Positions 48,191 through 59,000 of a DNA stretch of 64,000 nt are shown one piece after another (the first letter of the stretch is position 1; each line of letters begins with the position of its first letter). Source of the DNA: Phycisphaeraceae bacterium (GTDB lineage: Bacteria > Planctomycetota > Phycisphaerae > Phycisphaerales > Phycisphaeraceae); assembly GCA_963674705.1 (NCBI GenBank), contig OY771506.1, positions 4,352,001 to 4,416,000 of the forward strand, read 5' to 3'. The notes under the pieces are model-generated. The model did not search any database. It was not told where the DNA came from and saw only the letters and a list, made by a program, of their open reading frames with translations. Both the position numbers and the translations under genes were made by a program.

Positions 48191-49279
48191 GTGAATGTGA
48201 GTACGAAAAGCGAAGCATCCAAAGCGACACAATGTGCCGCCTTGCTGATGGGCCCGAAGGATATTCAGTCGGGACAGGTGCCTGTGCCGGCTGCGCCCGG
48301 TAAGGGTGAAGCATTGATCCGTGTGACGCAGGTCGGTGTGTGTGGGTCGGACTTGCACACGTTTATCGACGGGCGGATCGGCGACACCGTGCCGGAGGGG
48401 CCGTTCGTATTGGGGCATGAGTTTGCGGCAGTTGTGGAAGCGGTTGGTGACGATACTCATGATGGATTCGGCAATGCGCTACAGGTCGGCCAGCGTGTTG
48501 CGGTCGAGCCGGCGCAGCCTTGCGGCAAATGTGAGTTATGCTTGACGGGTCATCCGAATCTGTGTCCGGATCACAAGTTCTGCGGTGTCTGGCCGACACC
48601 CGGCGCGCTGCAGGCGAAGATGGTCGTGCCGGGTGATACGTGTTTCCCCGTGCCGGACTGTATCGATGATGAGCAGGCGGCGCTGCTTGAGCCGATGGGC
48701 GTCGGGCTGCATGCGATCGATTTGGCGCATATCCACGTCGGGTACAGCGTCGCGGTCGTAGGCTCGGGAACGATCGGGCTCTGCTGTGCACAGGTTGCGA
48801 AGCTCGCAGGCGCGTCGCCGCTATTCGTGACGGATCGCTTGGCGCATCGGTTGAAGGTTGCGGAAAGCTATGGTGCAACGGCTGTCGACATCGAACTGTG
48901 TGATCCGGTGGAAGCGGTGATGCAGGCAACGAATGGCCGGGGCGTGGATGTTGCGATCGAGGCGGCCTGGTCGAGTAAAGACTCGGTCATGCAGGCGGTC
49001 GATATGCTCAGGCCCGGCGGACGGTTGGTGGTTGTCGGGATATCGGGTGATGACAAGCTGGAGTTCCAGCACTCGACGGTCCGCCGTAAGGGTGTGACGA
49101 TCGCGATGTGCCGGCGGATGAAACATACCTACCCGCGTGCGATTGAACTGGTCAGCACGGGTAAGTACACATTCGACGGGCTAGTCACACATCGTTACAA
49201 GTTAGATGAGACGACACAGGCCTTCGCCACCGCGGCCGACTATGACTCCGGTGGGGTGAAGGTGATGATTCAGGTCTAA
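48191..49279 (+). CDS. Zn-dependent polyol/sugar-alcohol dehydrogenase
   Basis: CGSDLH, GHE, CxxCxxC..C, GSGTIG. Confidence 0.88.
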   Translation: MNVSTKSEASKATQCAALLMGPKDIQSGQVPVPAAPGKGEALIRVTQVGVCGSDLHTFIDGRIGDTVPEGPFVLGHEFAAVVEAVGDDTHDGFGNALQVGQRVAVEPAQPCGKCELCLTGHPNLCPDHKFCGVWPTPGALQAKMVVPGDTCFPVPDCIDDEQAALLEPMGVGLHAIDLAHIHVGYSVAVVGSGTIGLCCAQVAKLAGASPLFVTDRLAHRLKVAESYGATAVDIELCDPVEAVMQATNGRGVDVAIEAAWSSKDSVMQAVDMLRPGGRLVVVGISGDDKLEFQHSTVRRKGVTIAMCRRMKHTYPRAIELVSTGKYTFDGLVTHRYKLDETTQAFATAADYDSGGVKVMIQV

Positions 49280-49289
49280 GGCTTTGTTT

Positions 49290-49381
49290 TAGCCACAGAT
49301 TAACACGGATTAACACGGATAAAGGCATTATTGTTTCAGATATGAGCAAGCATCCGTGTTGATCGGTGTTTATCTGTGGCT
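49290..49381. repeat. Periodic inverted-repeat pair (ACACGGAT class) between convergent genes
   Basis: AGCCACAGATTAACACGGATTAACACGGAT ... ATCCGTGTTGATCGGTGTTTATCTGTGGCT. Confidence 0.85.
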
Positions 49382-49406
49382 AACTTTCTTCATGTAATAA
49401 CGCTAT

Positions 49407-51512
49407 CTATCGTGAATGAATCTTTGCTACCGAGGTGAACGGAGGGCGGCCGTGTTCGTTGAATGGCTCGGCGCGGTAGTAGACCGCATTATCCTGCGGT
49501 GCTGAATTGTCGATGTATTGTGTCTGATTGGCGGGCAGTTCTGCAATGCAATCGGCGGTGCCTTTAGACCCATCAATGTATCGGTATATGCGCCAGCCAG
49601 TCGCGTTCTCGACATTCGTCCAACTGATTTTCACTTTGCCTGCGCTTTCGGCTTGTGCGTGAATCGCTTTGGGGGGCAGTGGGGTTTGCGGGGTTTGTTC
49701 CAGGCCGGAGGTCAGCCAGGCGAGGTTGATTCGCTCGAAGAGCATGCGCTGGTAACGTTTTGTGTCGCCCCATGAATAAAGCAGACCGATCGTGTGGTCG
49801 TCGAGTACGGTGAGACAGGAGTAGGCAGACCATCGCGGGTGTAGATGACGCTCGAAAGCCCAACTGAAACCTTCATCGTATGAGAGACGAATGGTCATGT
49901 TGATCCGACCTTCAGCGCCGTAGGGATAAATGTTGGCGGGATTGGATAAGATCAGACGGTCGCGGTCCTGTTGGTCGGCGCGTGTGTACCGGAGGATGCT
50001 TGCCTGACAGCCGCCGCTGTAGCCGACGGCTTGGCCGCCGGGGGAGATGAGTTGCGGCTGTTGCGTGACAGGCGACCATGTATCGCCAAGGTCGTTGCTA
50101 TATGACTGACACAAGAGCATTTTTCGGCTGCCGACGCGTCGCATGTTAAGCATAAGCCGGTCGTCGGATAATTCGACGACTTGCGCTTCGCTGACTCGGT
50201 CTCCTGCTTCGCCGCCGAGTTGCCAGGTTTGACCGTGATCGTCGCTGTAGAAGACAAGTGAACGCGAAGACCTGCCGTTATCGCTGCCTTCGTTGCGTGT
50301 GGCGGGGATGACGATTCGGCCGTCGGTTGTTTGAATGCCGACACCCGGGCCGGTGGCGAACCATAACCACTGTGGTTTGGTAACCGCGTCTGTGATTTCA
50401 ACAGGCTTGGACCATGTGACGCCGTGATCGTCGCTATACATCGTCCAGACGGTTCGTCTGCTTTCGGCCTTGCCTGCTTGAAGCACAGTCTGTGTGTCTT
50501 TTTCCAGGCTGTGACACGCGATCATCCAGACGCGACCGGTGTCGCGGTCGACGACAGGGGTTGGATTGCCGCAGGTGTTCGTACCATCGTCCCAGACAAC
50601 TTGCAGCGAGCCCCAGGTTTTGCCGCCATCGGTGCTGCGGCGCATAACAAGGTCGATATTGCCATAGTCAGCACCGGAATTCAGCCTGCCTTCTGAAAAC
50701 GCGAGGACCGATCCGTCTGTCGCGGTAACAACAGCAGGGATTCGGAAGTATGCGTAACCAAGATCACCGCCGAAGTCGCCGCTGATAAAAGGCACAGAAA
50801 CGGTCGGCGGATTCAGTTCGATCATCGATGCGACTTGTTCGGGCGTGAGTGCGTAGTCGTAGACCTTGACCTCATCGAGCAGACCATTGAAGTGGCGGAC
50901 GGGGTGGGCGTCTGTTCCGTCGTGGCCTAATCGCAACGGCTGAGATCTGACGACATCGCCCGGTAGAGAACCTAGTTGCTTACCATCGACATACAGGTAT
51001 ACGGTATCGCTATCACGCACAGCGACAAGGTGATGCCAACCCAGGTCAAACGGGAAGTCGAACGCTTTTTGCGATTCATTGATTCGGATATATATCTGGT
51101 CCTTATCGCCGCGGACGGCACTGATGGAAAAGTCCTCCGCGTCGCCGACCGCGATCATGTTTCGCAGCATGCTGTTGCCGCCGGGCGCTTGGGGGAATCG
51201 ACGGAACCAGTAGGCGATCGACCAGGTCTTGCCGGTGAAGAGTGCTTCTGAGTTGTCGATCACCACGACATCGTCAACGCCGTCCAGTGATAGTGCTCGC
51301 CCCTGATAGCCTGCGTCAACGACGGTAGCGCCGAACAATTGCCCATCATGCTTGTGTCGCATAGCGTCGAGGACATGTGTGTTATCTTCACAACGCTCAA
51401 AAGGCCAGTAGGCGACGGGTGGTTTGTTGATTGCTAGAGCTAAAGTGATATTTGCAGCACATAATAGTGACACAAGAGCAACACAGATTGCCATAATACT
51501 TCTAACGGTCAT
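49407..51512 (-). CDS. GH33 sialidase with N-terminal LamG and C-terminal FN3-like domain
   Basis: FRIP, Asp boxes (STDGGKTW, SDDHGVTW, SDDHGQTW), SEAQ, AYS; LamG WHHLVA/LDEVKVY. Confidence 0.9.
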   Translation of the reverse strand: MTVRSIMAICVALVSLLCAANITLALAINKPPVAYWPFERCEDNTHVLDAMRHKHDGQLFGATVVDAGYQGRALSLDGVDDVVVIDNSEALFTGKTWSIAYWFRRFPQAPGGNSMLRNMIAVGDAEDFSISAVRGDKDQIYIRINESQKAFDFPFDLGWHHLVAVRDSDTVYLYVDGKQLGSLPGDVVRSQPLRLGHDGTDAHPVRHFNGLLDEVKVYDYALTPEQVASMIELNPPTVSVPFISGDFGGDLGYAYFRIPAVVTATDGSVLAFSEGRLNSGADYGNIDLVMRRSTDGGKTWGSLQVVWDDGTNTCGNPTPVVDRDTGRVWMIACHSLEKDTQTVLQAGKAESRRTVWTMYSDDHGVTWSKPVEITDAVTKPQWLWFATGPGVGIQTTDGRIVIPATRNEGSDNGRSSRSLVFYSDDHGQTWQLGGEAGDRVSEAQVVELSDDRLMLNMRRVGSRKMLLCQSYSNDLGDTWSPVTQQPQLISPGGQAVGYSGGCQASILRYTRADQQDRDRLILSNPANIYPYGAEGRINMTIRLSYDEGFSWAFERHLHPRWSAYSCLTVLDDHTIGLLYSWGDTKRYQRMLFERINLAWLTSGLEQTPQTPLPPKAIHAQAESAGKVKISWTNVENATGWRIYRYIDGSKGTADCIAELPANQTQYIDNSAPQDNAVYYRAEPFNEHGRPPFTSVAKIHSR

Positions 51513-51559
51513 GCCGGCGACTCCTTAACGCTCATTCATATTCATGCAATGAAGTGTAT

Positions 51560-52804
51560 TTACTCTGCCGTTGGCAGGTCTTTGCCATCCAGCAGCCAGG
51601 CGAGGTTGAACTTGGCAATACAGATGTGCTTTGGAGCAAATGCGCCGAGGCCTTCCTTGACTCCGCCCCGCTCGAACAGGCAATAGATCGTGCCATCGTC
51701 TGCCACGGCCAGGTCGGTGTAACCGCTGCGATCAGGTTCGATCGTTCGGCTGACTGGCCAGGTTTTGCCATCATCGAAGCTGGCGCGGATGGTGACGTTG
51801 AGGCGCGAACGAGCTCCCCACTTCAAGACGACCTCATCACGGTGGCTGCTGTCGGGGCTGGTATAAAGCAGGATGTCCGGGCTCTTACCATCGGGATGCG
51901 GCATGCGAGTTAGGCTGGCCATGCAGATGGCGTCGTAAAGGCCCTCGTGAAACTCTGGCTCGCTCCAATCGGTTGCGCCGTCCGGGCTGATACTGATGAG
52001 TCGGCGGTACTTCTTGGATTGATTTCGGATGGATGACATCACCCGGCCGTCGGATAGCTCGACGAGTTGTGATTCACTTGGGCTGGGGACCTCTTCACTA
52101 TCATTAACGATGATGTCGCCGGCCTGCCAGGTCTTGCCACGATCGTCGCTGTAGATAGTAGATACGAGTGACGGGCGGTGTGAATGGTTCGGTGAAAGCC
52201 ATAGCGGTACGACGAATCGGCCGTTGCGCATCACAATGCCGTGGCCGGGCCCCATGGCGAGTACGGTCCATGGGTAATCATCTCGATCGCGGAATACATC
52301 AAAGACGTATGTGATCTCTTCCGGGGCAGACCAGGTTTCACCTTCATCTGTACTGACTTTGTGATATGCATGGTTGTAGTTGACCTGAAAGATCAGGTGA
52401 ACCGTATCGGTATCGGGTTCGACGATGAGGACGGGATTCTCGACGAGGTTTGTACCGTCGTCCATGATGATGGCCTGCTCGGTCCAGGTTTTGCCGCCAT
52501 CGGTGCTGCGTCGGATCATGGAATCGATGTTGACCCAGTCGCCGTGGCCGTCGAAGCGGGCGGAGCATAGGGCGAGGATGGTGCCCTTACGCGTGACAGC
52601 TAACGAAGGGATGCGGTAGGTCATGTAACCGTCGCGGCCGGCTTCATAGAGTTCGGTGACCTCGAAAAATGGTTTGTCATCCTTATTTGCCTTGGATTCG
52701 CCGACTGCCACGTGCGTTAGTGAAAGGCAGATGGTTAAGATGAACAGGACTATTACGTATGTTGGTTCAATTAATGATTTCAATAGAGGTCGCTTCTGAT
52801 TCAT
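51560..52804 (-). CDS. GH33 sialidase family protein
   Basis: YRIP, several Asp boxes, GPGHG, SESQ, GYT. Confidence 0.9.
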   Translation of the reverse strand: MNQKRPLLKSLIEPTYVIVLFILTICLSLTHVAVGESKANKDDKPFFEVTELYEAGRDGYMTYRIPSLAVTRKGTILALCSARFDGHGDWVNIDSMIRRSTDGGKTWTEQAIIMDDGTNLVENPVLIVEPDTDTVHLIFQVNYNHAYHKVSTDEGETWSAPEEITYVFDVFRDRDDYPWTVLAMGPGHGIVMRNGRFVVPLWLSPNHSHRPSLVSTIYSDDRGKTWQAGDIIVNDSEEVPSPSESQLVELSDGRVMSSIRNQSKKYRRLISISPDGATDWSEPEFHEGLYDAICMASLTRMPHPDGKSPDILLYTSPDSSHRDEVVLKWGARSRLNVTIRASFDDGKTWPVSRTIEPDRSGYTDLAVADDGTIYCLFERGGVKEGLGAFAPKHICIAKFNLAWLLDGKDLPTAE

Positions 52805-52870
52805 GATAACTCTCCAAGTGTCAATGGCCTGATCGTGGCAGGGATAGACATATTGATGTCGTCGGTATGT

Positions 52871-53833
52871 TTAACTGTGCTTACTAAGATCGATGAGATT
52901 AATAAGTGGCTGACTCTGGTGATATCGCATCAGATTTTCGATAAAGAGGTCACACAGGCGGTCATATTCCTGTACATAGCGCCCGGCGGTATGCGGCAGG
53001 ACGATGACGTTTGGCATGTCCCAGAATGGGTGATCGGCCGGGAGTGGCTCGGTTTCAAAGACATCCAGTCCTGCGCCGAAGAGGTGGCCCTCATTTAGTA
53101 CCTTAACCAGGTCTGATTCAACGACCAAAGCCCCCCTGCCGACGTTGTAGAAACATGAGCCCGGCTTCATTTTCCGGAACATGGATTCGTTGAACATGCC
53201 TTGCGTCTGTTTATTGGCCGGCAAGCTGAGTGCGACATGATCGCAATCCGGCAGGATACTGGCCAGATCATCAAAGCCGAAGATTTTCGCGACAGGTGGT
53301 TCCGGTTGCTCTTTGCCGGTACGTGTAACACCGATGACATTCATGCCGATACCGGTACAGCGTTTGGCTATCTCCATGCCGATTGAACCGAGTCCTACAA
53401 CACAAATGGTATCACCTGTAACCATGCGGTATGCATCCACTCGTTGCCAGAGATGCTGTTGCTGATCCCTGATATGCAGATTGATGCATCGGGATAAGGC
53501 AAACATCATCGCCAGGGTTTGTTCCGCACAGGCAACAGAGAAAATCCCCTTGGCGTTACACATGATGAAGTCTGTTTTTTTTTCGAGTCCACAATCCAGG
53601 TAGGGGTCGAAGCCGGCGCTACATAATTGGCAGAAGCGTATGTCTGAGTTGGCAACAGCCTTAGGATTAGGCCAGCCGACGACGATGTTGCAATCATGGA
53701 AAGCTTCGGTCTGAGTTGATTCGCCAAGCGTGTGGTCTACGCGATCTACTGTCGCCCAGCCTTCGACAACCTGTTGTATCTGTTGAAGGTGTTTATCTGT
53801 GAAGTGATTAACAGCAACCAGTATCTTTTTCAT
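52871..53833 (-). CDS. D-2-hydroxyacid dehydrogenase
   Basis: GLGSIG, NVGRG, LDVFETEPLP, PHTAG. Confidence 0.92.
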   Translation of the reverse strand: MKKILVAVNHFTDKHLQQIQQVVEGWATVDRVDHTLGESTQTEAFHDCNIVVGWPNPKAVANSDIRFCQLCSAGFDPYLDCGLEKKTDFIMCNAKGIFSVACAEQTLAMMFALSRCINLHIRDQQQHLWQRVDAYRMVTGDTICVVGLGSIGMEIAKRCTGIGMNVIGVTRTGKEQPEPPVAKIFGFDDLASILPDCDHVALSLPANKQTQGMFNESMFRKMKPGSCFYNVGRGALVVESDLVKVLNEGHLFGAGLDVFETEPLPADHPFWDMPNVIVLPHTAGRYVQEYDRLCDLFIENLMRYHQSQPLINLIDLSKHS

Positions 53834-53848
53834 CGCAATACTCCCAAC

Positions 53849-55018
53849 TTATTCGTAAGCGCCCAGGACTTTGTAGTGCGTGCCCGGCTTGAAAGGATAC
53901 AGGGATTCGACTTGATCGGGCAGTTGCACACCGAGGCCCGGCACGGTCGGTGCCTTGAGCTTGCCATTTTTGATAATGATTGGATCAACCAAAAGGTTTT
54001 CACGTAGCGGGTTGGCGACACTTGGCACTTCCAGATACTTACAGCCCTCAGATGCAAATGCGGCGTGGAAGTTCCCCATCATGCCGATGCCACCGCTCCA
54101 AGCGTGAACCGCGATGGGAATCGATCGTTTCCAACAGAGATCGGCCACGGCTCGTAATACACTAATGCCGCCTATCAACGCGGCATCCGGCTGGAACAGG
54201 TCAAGTGCATCAGCTTCGATGTAGGCGTTGGCTTCATAAACACTGGTCGCGGTTTCTCCGCCGGCGATCTTGATCGGTGATTCGGCGCGGATGGCGGCGT
54301 ACGACTTGATATCGTTGACAGCGGCGGGTTCTTCGAGCCAAAGGATATTGTATGGTTCGATCGCACGGGCCACCGCCAAGGCGTAATCGACACACCATGG
54401 TTCTTGTGCCAATCCCTGTGCGGCATCGACCGCCAACTCACAGTCATCGCCGAGGGCATCTCGACAGATTTCGACTTTCTGAACGATCTGGCTTAATTCA
54501 GGCAGGTTGTTGATGCGGATCTTGACAGTGTTGAATCCCTGTTGGCGGTAGCCAACCATCTCTTCACGCAGTTCCGGTTCAGGCTTGGTGTTGCCGCCAC
54601 TTGCATAGACGGGGATTGCGTCGTGACATGGACCGCCAAGTAATTCATGAACCGGTTTGCTTTCACACTTGCCTTTCAGATCCCACAATGCGAGTTCGAT
54701 TCCGCCGATCACGCTCTGGTTCAGGCCGAAGCGTCCCCAATATCGGCTTGCCAGGTGGATACGCTGCCACACGGCCTGGATATCATGAGCATCCACACCA
54801 ATAAGGTCTGATTCAAATTGTTCGGTAAGCGCTTTAACTGCTTCAGGAGCGTAGACGCCGGCGTAGGTTTCACCGAGGCCGAACTGGCCGTCGTCTGTTT
54901 CGACGCGGATGATTGATGCGGAGCGTAGTCCGGTGCGTAGATGCAGGCGAACCTCATCGTCGCCGGGCGTAGCATACGGTGCGCTAAGTAGAATACACCT
55001 GACCGATCGGATCTTCAT
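53849..55018 (-). CDS. Mandelate racemase/enolase superfamily enzyme (probable acid-sugar dehydratase)
   Basis: ALWDLKGK, VYASG, KxR, VDA, WLEEP, GGE, QPD, VH. Confidence 0.9.
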   Translation of the reverse strand: MKIRSVRCILLSAPYATPGDDEVRLHLRTGLRSASIIRVETDDGQFGLGETYAGVYAPEAVKALTEQFESDLIGVDAHDIQAVWQRIHLASRYWGRFGLNQSVIGGIELALWDLKGKCESKPVHELLGGPCHDAIPVYASGGNTKPEPELREEMVGYRQQGFNTVKIRINNLPELSQIVQKVEICRDALGDDCELAVDAAQGLAQEPWCVDYALAVARAIEPYNILWLEEPAAVNDIKSYAAIRAESPIKIAGGETATSVYEANAYIEADALDLFQPDAALIGGISVLRAVADLCWKRSIPIAVHAWSGGIGMMGNFHAAFASEGCKYLEVPSVANPLRENLLVDPIIIKNGKLKAPTVPGLGVQLPDQVESLYPFKPGTHYKVLGAYE

Positions 55019-55048
55019 AAGTATGTCCGTGTTGAATCGACTTCTTAA

Positions 55049-55978
55049 CTACTCAAATAATTCTGGTAACTGCTGCCGGGCAATCGGACGCAATCGCCCG
55101 GCCTCTACATCGGGAACACCCCGATAGGGCCAGCGCAGACGTGTGCCGACCTGGCTCCAATTACCCACTGCGGCAAGCAGCTTGTCTAACGCGGTATTAC
55201 TGTGACCGAGCTGATCGCGGTATGGCACGATGTGCTCTACCATGAACTGCATGATGCGTTTTTCCAGATCGAGTGCGGCAGCATAATCGGATTGAATCGA
55301 GGCCTGCCACTTCATCGCACCTTTAGGTGATAAGCAGGCTACGTTGCTGTATGAGCCATGAGCGCCGAGTGGCGTCATTGTGGCAAGTTCATGGCCCGGA
55401 ACAAAGATGGACAACCTCGGAGCGTGCTTCTTCATGGAAGCGAACCAATCCGCATCACCGCCGAGTACTTTCAGGCCGAAGAGTGTCGGGATGCGTTGAG
55501 CGAGCCGGCCGATACTCTCGAAGCCAAATGATCGTTTTGCGTGCCCCGGCATGTAAAGCACGAGACCGATTGGATCGACCGTTTCCGCGATCCGTTCGAG
55601 GAAGTCCCCCGCTTCCATCTCACTACAAGGCACCCAATCAGGCAAGATGACTTGGATAGCGCTGGGATTCAATGATTTGGCGCGGTGTGCGCGGCTGAGG
55701 CTGATGCGCGGGTCCATATGGCTAGCGCCGATCTGAAAAGGCATACCCATAGCTTCGCACTTTTCAGCCAGCAGTGCGTTGATGCGATCTGTTTCGGATT
55801 CATCCTGGTTGTGCAGTTCGCCGGTTGATCCGTTGGAGTAGATACCGTCGACCTGACAATCAATAAGGATATCGATCTCGTTTGCGAGATTGCCGAAGTC
55901 GATCGCATCATCGTCGACAATGGGCAACATGAGCGTACCCCATGTGCCTCGGATTTTGTTGGGATTTAAAGGTTTCAT
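55049..55978 (-). CDS. DHDPS/N-acetylneuraminate lyase family class I aldolase
   Basis: GSTGE, LVLY, GLK Schiff-base Lys. Confidence 0.85.
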   Translation of the reverse strand: MKPLNPNKIRGTWGTLMLPIVDDDAIDFGNLANEIDILIDCQVDGIYSNGSTGELHNQDESETDRINALLAEKCEAMGMPFQIGASHMDPRISLSRAHRAKSLNPSAIQVILPDWVPCSEMEAGDFLERIAETVDPIGLVLYMPGHAKRSFGFESIGRLAQRIPTLFGLKVLGGDADWFASMKKHAPRLSIFVPGHELATMTPLGAHGSYSNVACLSPKGAMKWQASIQSDYAAALDLEKRIMQFMVEHIVPYRDQLGHSNTALDKLLAAVGNWSQVGTRLRWPYRGVPDVEAGRLRPIARQQLPELFE

Positions 55979-56011
55979 AAATTACTCAAAGATTACCATT
56001 GAAGGGTTTGC

Positions 56012-59000
56012 TTATTCGGGATATTGCTTGAGCCATTCGACAAGTTTAGGCGTATCAAGAGTTCGGGTGAGACGGAAGACGGATGCAGGGCCGAGGTGCT
56101 GACCGAGGTAGATGAAGATGTGTTGGACGCCAGCCTCTTCATCGATAACCGCCCCACCGGGGTGCATACCATCGGCTCCAGTAACCATGATACCGCCACG
56201 AGTCATGAGCGTGCCTTCGAAACGCCAGTCACTACTACCTTCAGCAAGCTGCTGCGGATCAATGCTCCAGAGGTTGAGTGTCATACGGAGGCGTTGTTGC
56301 TCGTTACCTTGGCCCCCCCCGTTTCGGTTGGTGCAAACGGCTTCATAGCGTTTGGTGACGGGATTGAAGTCAAGCGCGACCGTATCCTGGGAAAATGGAC
56401 CATAGCCGACAATGTCTACCTCGTCGCGGACATCAGTGGCGCGTATCGTCGTCAGAGCGGGTGTTAGGGGCAACCAGCCATCAGGGGAATAAGCCTGCAT
56501 ATAACGCCAGGTTTTGCGCTCGGGCTCGAAGCTTTCTTTGCCATGACATCGAGCAACCATAACCATGGCGTTGTTGTGAAGGATGACAGTGGGTTCTATG
56601 GCATACGCCCATGGTTCGGGCATGTTGTAGATAATCTGCTCCCAGTCGCGTCCGCCGTCTTTCGAATAACGCACGATAAGCTCTTCGTTCTTGCCGTGTC
56701 CGAATGATACGATCCCATACTCAGGGTGCTCGAGAAGTTTAGGACCATTACAGATGACTGGACCGGGGATGTCATCCTCGCCGTAGGCTTGAGGGTGATG
56801 CTCCCATGATGCGCCACGGTCGGTAGAAGTGAATACACCATAGGGCGATACCAGCACAATCTCACCGTTGGATCTTCTGACCATACCATTACCAAAACTG
56901 ACCCGGCAGTTCTTTGTTTCCTGTTTAACGTATGTACGGATATCAATCGGCTTTGACCAGGTGCTGCCGCCATCATTGGAACGTGTGATGACCGTTTCGC
57001 TGAAGTATTTATCTTTGGGCTTCTTGATACCCCAACGTGGTGTATGCTGAGGTTTTCGCAGGAATGCAACGATAATAGTATCGCCATCCTTGACCGCAAC
57101 CGGCCAGCCGAGGTGGCTGTTATTACCGAGCAGATTTTCACCGTAGGGTACTACAACGGGTTTAAGCACCAGGGGGCCGGTGTCATGCGAATACTTTTCT
57201 TTGAGGAATCGTGTGACACGCAGCGAACGGGCGATCACCTCTTCACGATCACCAAAAGAAGGCGAGCGATCGAGATCTATCATTGATAGTGCCCTCCCAT
57301 CAGCGGGTGTGGGCAGGCCCGTATTTGTCAGAGCTTCGTGGACTGTCGTTGCGATGATGCCGGCAGCATAATCATCGGGGTGGATCTTGTCGGCAAAGTG
57401 ATCGCCCAGATCCTTTAAAGGTGTATTCATATCAATCGTTGCCACGCCGGTTTCGGCAACGACGCGGTCGATCGCCTGCTGGATCACTTCAAGGCGCGGG
57501 TCCTGATAGAACTTGTGGCCTTCGTAGATCGGAGCGAGTTTACCCCAGATGAATACCTTTGGCTTGCTGGGCAGTTTACGGTATGAATCGATCAGAGCTT
57601 CATAGTCCTTAATAAACAGGTCAGGATCGAATGGGTCTTCGTTCACATCGTTAATACCCAGATTGATGATGACGATGTCGGGATTGTGGACGATGGATCG
57701 GCGGTATGGGAGTTGCAATGCATAGCCGCGGTCCCAGTTCTTTAATACAAAACCGTTGACGACTGTTGATCCGGACACGCCGTAGTTACGGACGTCGAAC
57801 AAGGGGCCGAGTTGATCTTCTAGCTGGGCCGGATAGCTGTAAATGTTAGCGTTGCTCGTGCCCATGCCGTACGTGATGCTGTCGCCTACGCAAGCGACAC
57901 GGAGCGTGTGCCAATTATCTGTGCGGAAAGGCGCAGCGGGCAGGCCTTCACTGTTGTAAAGCGTGACGGGCGGGTAGGATTCCCATGCATATCTGACGGC
58001 GACGGGATGGCTGACATTATCGCTTGTAAGAACGATCTTGTTGTTTACCAGTTCTGCCTTAGCCTTGGCGAAACGTTTATCTTCGCCGGCGATCCAGAAA
58101 CCGCTATCGCCTGATTCGCTTTCGCGTAGTTCCAGGCCGTTGGCGGTGTTGTTAAAAGTCAGCACGAGTGCGCCGTTATCCGGGCTGACGGATTTAAGTG
58201 TGGGGCCGGTATCAACGATTGTTTTGCCATACACACGGCTGAGTGCAAGTCGGGCCATGCGTTGGCCGACAGGTAGCTTGTTGCGAGGGTGGACATTCTT
58301 CGGGTCCCCCATGTCGATCGTCACAGCTAATCCGGATCGGGTCGCTTCAGACAGATCGGCCTGGCTCTCACGGAATTCGGGCCAGGCGTATCGGTAGATG
58401 CCCGGGAGTTGGGCGCAAATAACGGGTAAATCCTGTCTCCCAAAGGCATCCCGCCAGGACTTCACCGCCATAGGGAACATCATGTTGTGCAGGCGGATGT
58501 CCTCAGCGTTGGATTCACCCTGATACCAGATGATGCCGGCAACCGGAAGACCTTTATACGGTTCGATACCAGCCTGATACATGAAGCCGGACCGGTAATG
58601 GTGTTCTGCCTTCTTGCCGGGCTTACCTGCGTCGACCCATTCCTTGAGATGTAGGCTGGCACGTTCGTTTACGAATATGTCAGCAAGGGCGCAGTCGAGA
58701 AATTCGTCTTCGAGCTTGCGTAACTCAGGATCATCAACGATCTGTTGGCGAGGAATCCATGCCTGGACGGGTGTGCCCCCCACCGCCACGTCTATCAGGC
58801 CGATGGGCACGTTCAATTCATCATGGAGCATCATGCCGAAGTAATAGCCGATGGCGGAGAATCGGCCGGACACTTCTTCATCGCCATGGGTCCAACCTTC
58901 ATACGCAAAGAAACTCTTCGGGGTTAGCGTCTGATCGAGTTCAAGCGGCCAGGCCTGTTTGCCCCAAGGCGTGGTGATCTGCGGATCAAACAAACGGATA

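Noticed and set aside
55049..55978. Calling this gene nanA or dapA
   Set aside because: The family is clear but substrate specificity cannot be read from motifs.
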